A model generated the notes under the pieces. That model worked only from the letters and a program-made list of their open reading frames with translations. It was not told the origin of the DNA and made no database searches. Positions 62,668-64,000 of a stretch of 64,000 nucleotides of DNA are shown here, in pieces. Each line of letters starts with the position of its first letter. The first letter of the stretch is position 1. The translations under genes and the position numbers were made by a program. This DNA comes from Chrysomallon squamiferum (lineage: Eukaryota > Animalia > Mollusca). The DNA is taken from the NCBI GenBank assembly GCA_012295275.1, contig CM022677.1:9610001-9674000 (forward strand). The letters run 5' to 3'.

Positions 62668-64000
62668 TTTTTTTGTAGTTTTTTTCAAATAGTATTAAAC
62701 ATAAAAGATTATAAGGTAAATATCTCAATTATTCCTTTTTATGGCTTACAATTTAGGTCCACCAGAAAATGAAATACAGTATTGATAACTAAAAATTTTG
62801 AAAAACCCCACCCAAAAAACAAAACAAAACAAAAAAACAGAAGAAAAACTAAATTTTCATAGTGATAAACTGTCCCACAGGCACGACTGTACATACCAGA
62901 CTTTGATACACAAGTCAAGCATATCCATTTTGAAATTCCTTTTAAAGTCAAAACTAGAAATTTAAACACAGAATGCTATATTAGATAAATACAGTCACTT
63001 GCTGGCTGTATTATCATGTAGAGAAGTGTTAAGTGTGTGTAGATAAGTGCGAGGTAAAGAAGATACATGTAAATAGATGGTACACCACTTGCTTGTAGAT
63101 AATTGTGGAGGCTGGGGGTTTAGGCTATCATGGAATTTACAGCTATCTCTTCATCCCCCACAGATTAAAGTAAATTGCTTTTCAATTAACTTCAGAGTTT
63201 ACACAGTTTATTTTTTAAAAATACATTTTTCTGTAGAATGTTATATCAAAATACTCACAGTTTTTAATTCTCTTATTTTCTATTTCTGTATCATCTACAT
63301 AAATGAAGAAATACTTTAAAAAAGACAACAGATAACTAAAAAAAAAAATCGAGCACTTTTTTAAATTAATGAGGATTATTTTACATTTCAGGTTTTCCAC
63401 TTTTAATATAAAGCATTATATCAACATTAGTACAGAAAAGCTTATCCTGAACAAATAATGATTCTAATTAGTTAATTCAGTTTTTACTTTATTAAAACTG
63501 TATACTCTAAACGTGTAAATCTCATCAGTTATTCATGTTAAACTAACCCGTATATATTAAATTTTTTAAAAATATATTTGATTGTTACTGTCGTTTTTTT
63601 TTATTTGGGTGGGTTTTGTAAGGGAGGTAACACCATAACTGATTACTTCTATTCCTATTATTGTGTCAAAGATTATTATTAACACATTGGAATATTTTTA
63701 TTTTTGATAAAATGGTTGTTTTTGTGTGTGTGAGTTTGTCTTGTTTTTTAAGTGAGTTTTTTTTTTTTTTAATAACAGCTGGTTTTAAAACAAATACTTG
63801 AACAGCTTGACAATGTAACAATGCTTTGACTTACTGACATAGACAACCACCTTGTTAATCTGTGGATTAGGTGCTCCCACACGCTTTACTGAGCATTGTA
63901 AAAATACATTTTTTCTTTTTTTTTTTTCTTTTTTGGTAGGTTTTGCTATATAATTACATTGTTTTTCAAGCAGTCTAAGAGATAAAGTTGCCATTAATCC

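Noticed and set aside
57296-64000. Search for the signal-peptide exon of the protogenin-like gene
   Set aside because: No convincing ATG + hydrophobic peptide + phase-1 donor. The 60209 ORF is on the wrong strand. The region stays CpG-poor, so the first exon is probably outside the window.

Overview
AT-rich, microsatellite-rich, spliced eukaryotic DNA. It is most consistent with an invertebrate, probably a mollusc or other lophotrochozoan (inference, not proven). Three protein-coding genes can be assembled by hand with GT-AG introns and consistent phases. (1) A + strand Golgi type II carbohydrate sulfotransferase of the Sulfotransfer_2 / CHST8-14 family: 3 coding exons, 3287-6891, 465 aa. (2) A convergent - strand cholinesterase with an intact Ser-Glu-His triad and a hydrophobic GPI-type tail: 3 coding exons, 12828-9664, 587 aa. 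(3) A - strand protogenin-like receptor (4 Ig + 5 FNIII + TM + long tail): 20 coding exons, 57295-32756, with the signal-peptide exon not found. Between genes 2 and 3 is a 5.8-kb G-rich minisatellite of 52/57-bp units with two higher-order periodicities. The most notable observations are: a natural Ser at cholinesterase oxyanion-hole position 119 (the insecticide-resistance site); an intronic tandem duplication that creates three candidate in-frame 15-nt microexons in the sulfotransferase; a CRE (TGACGTCA) to TGATGTCA gradient along the minisatellite; a 55-bp TTAA-flanked piggyBac-like MITE; and a CpG-content boundary near 26 kb. I found no convincing wholly new multi-gene system. Most other short ORFs in the track are repeat or low-complexity artefacts.
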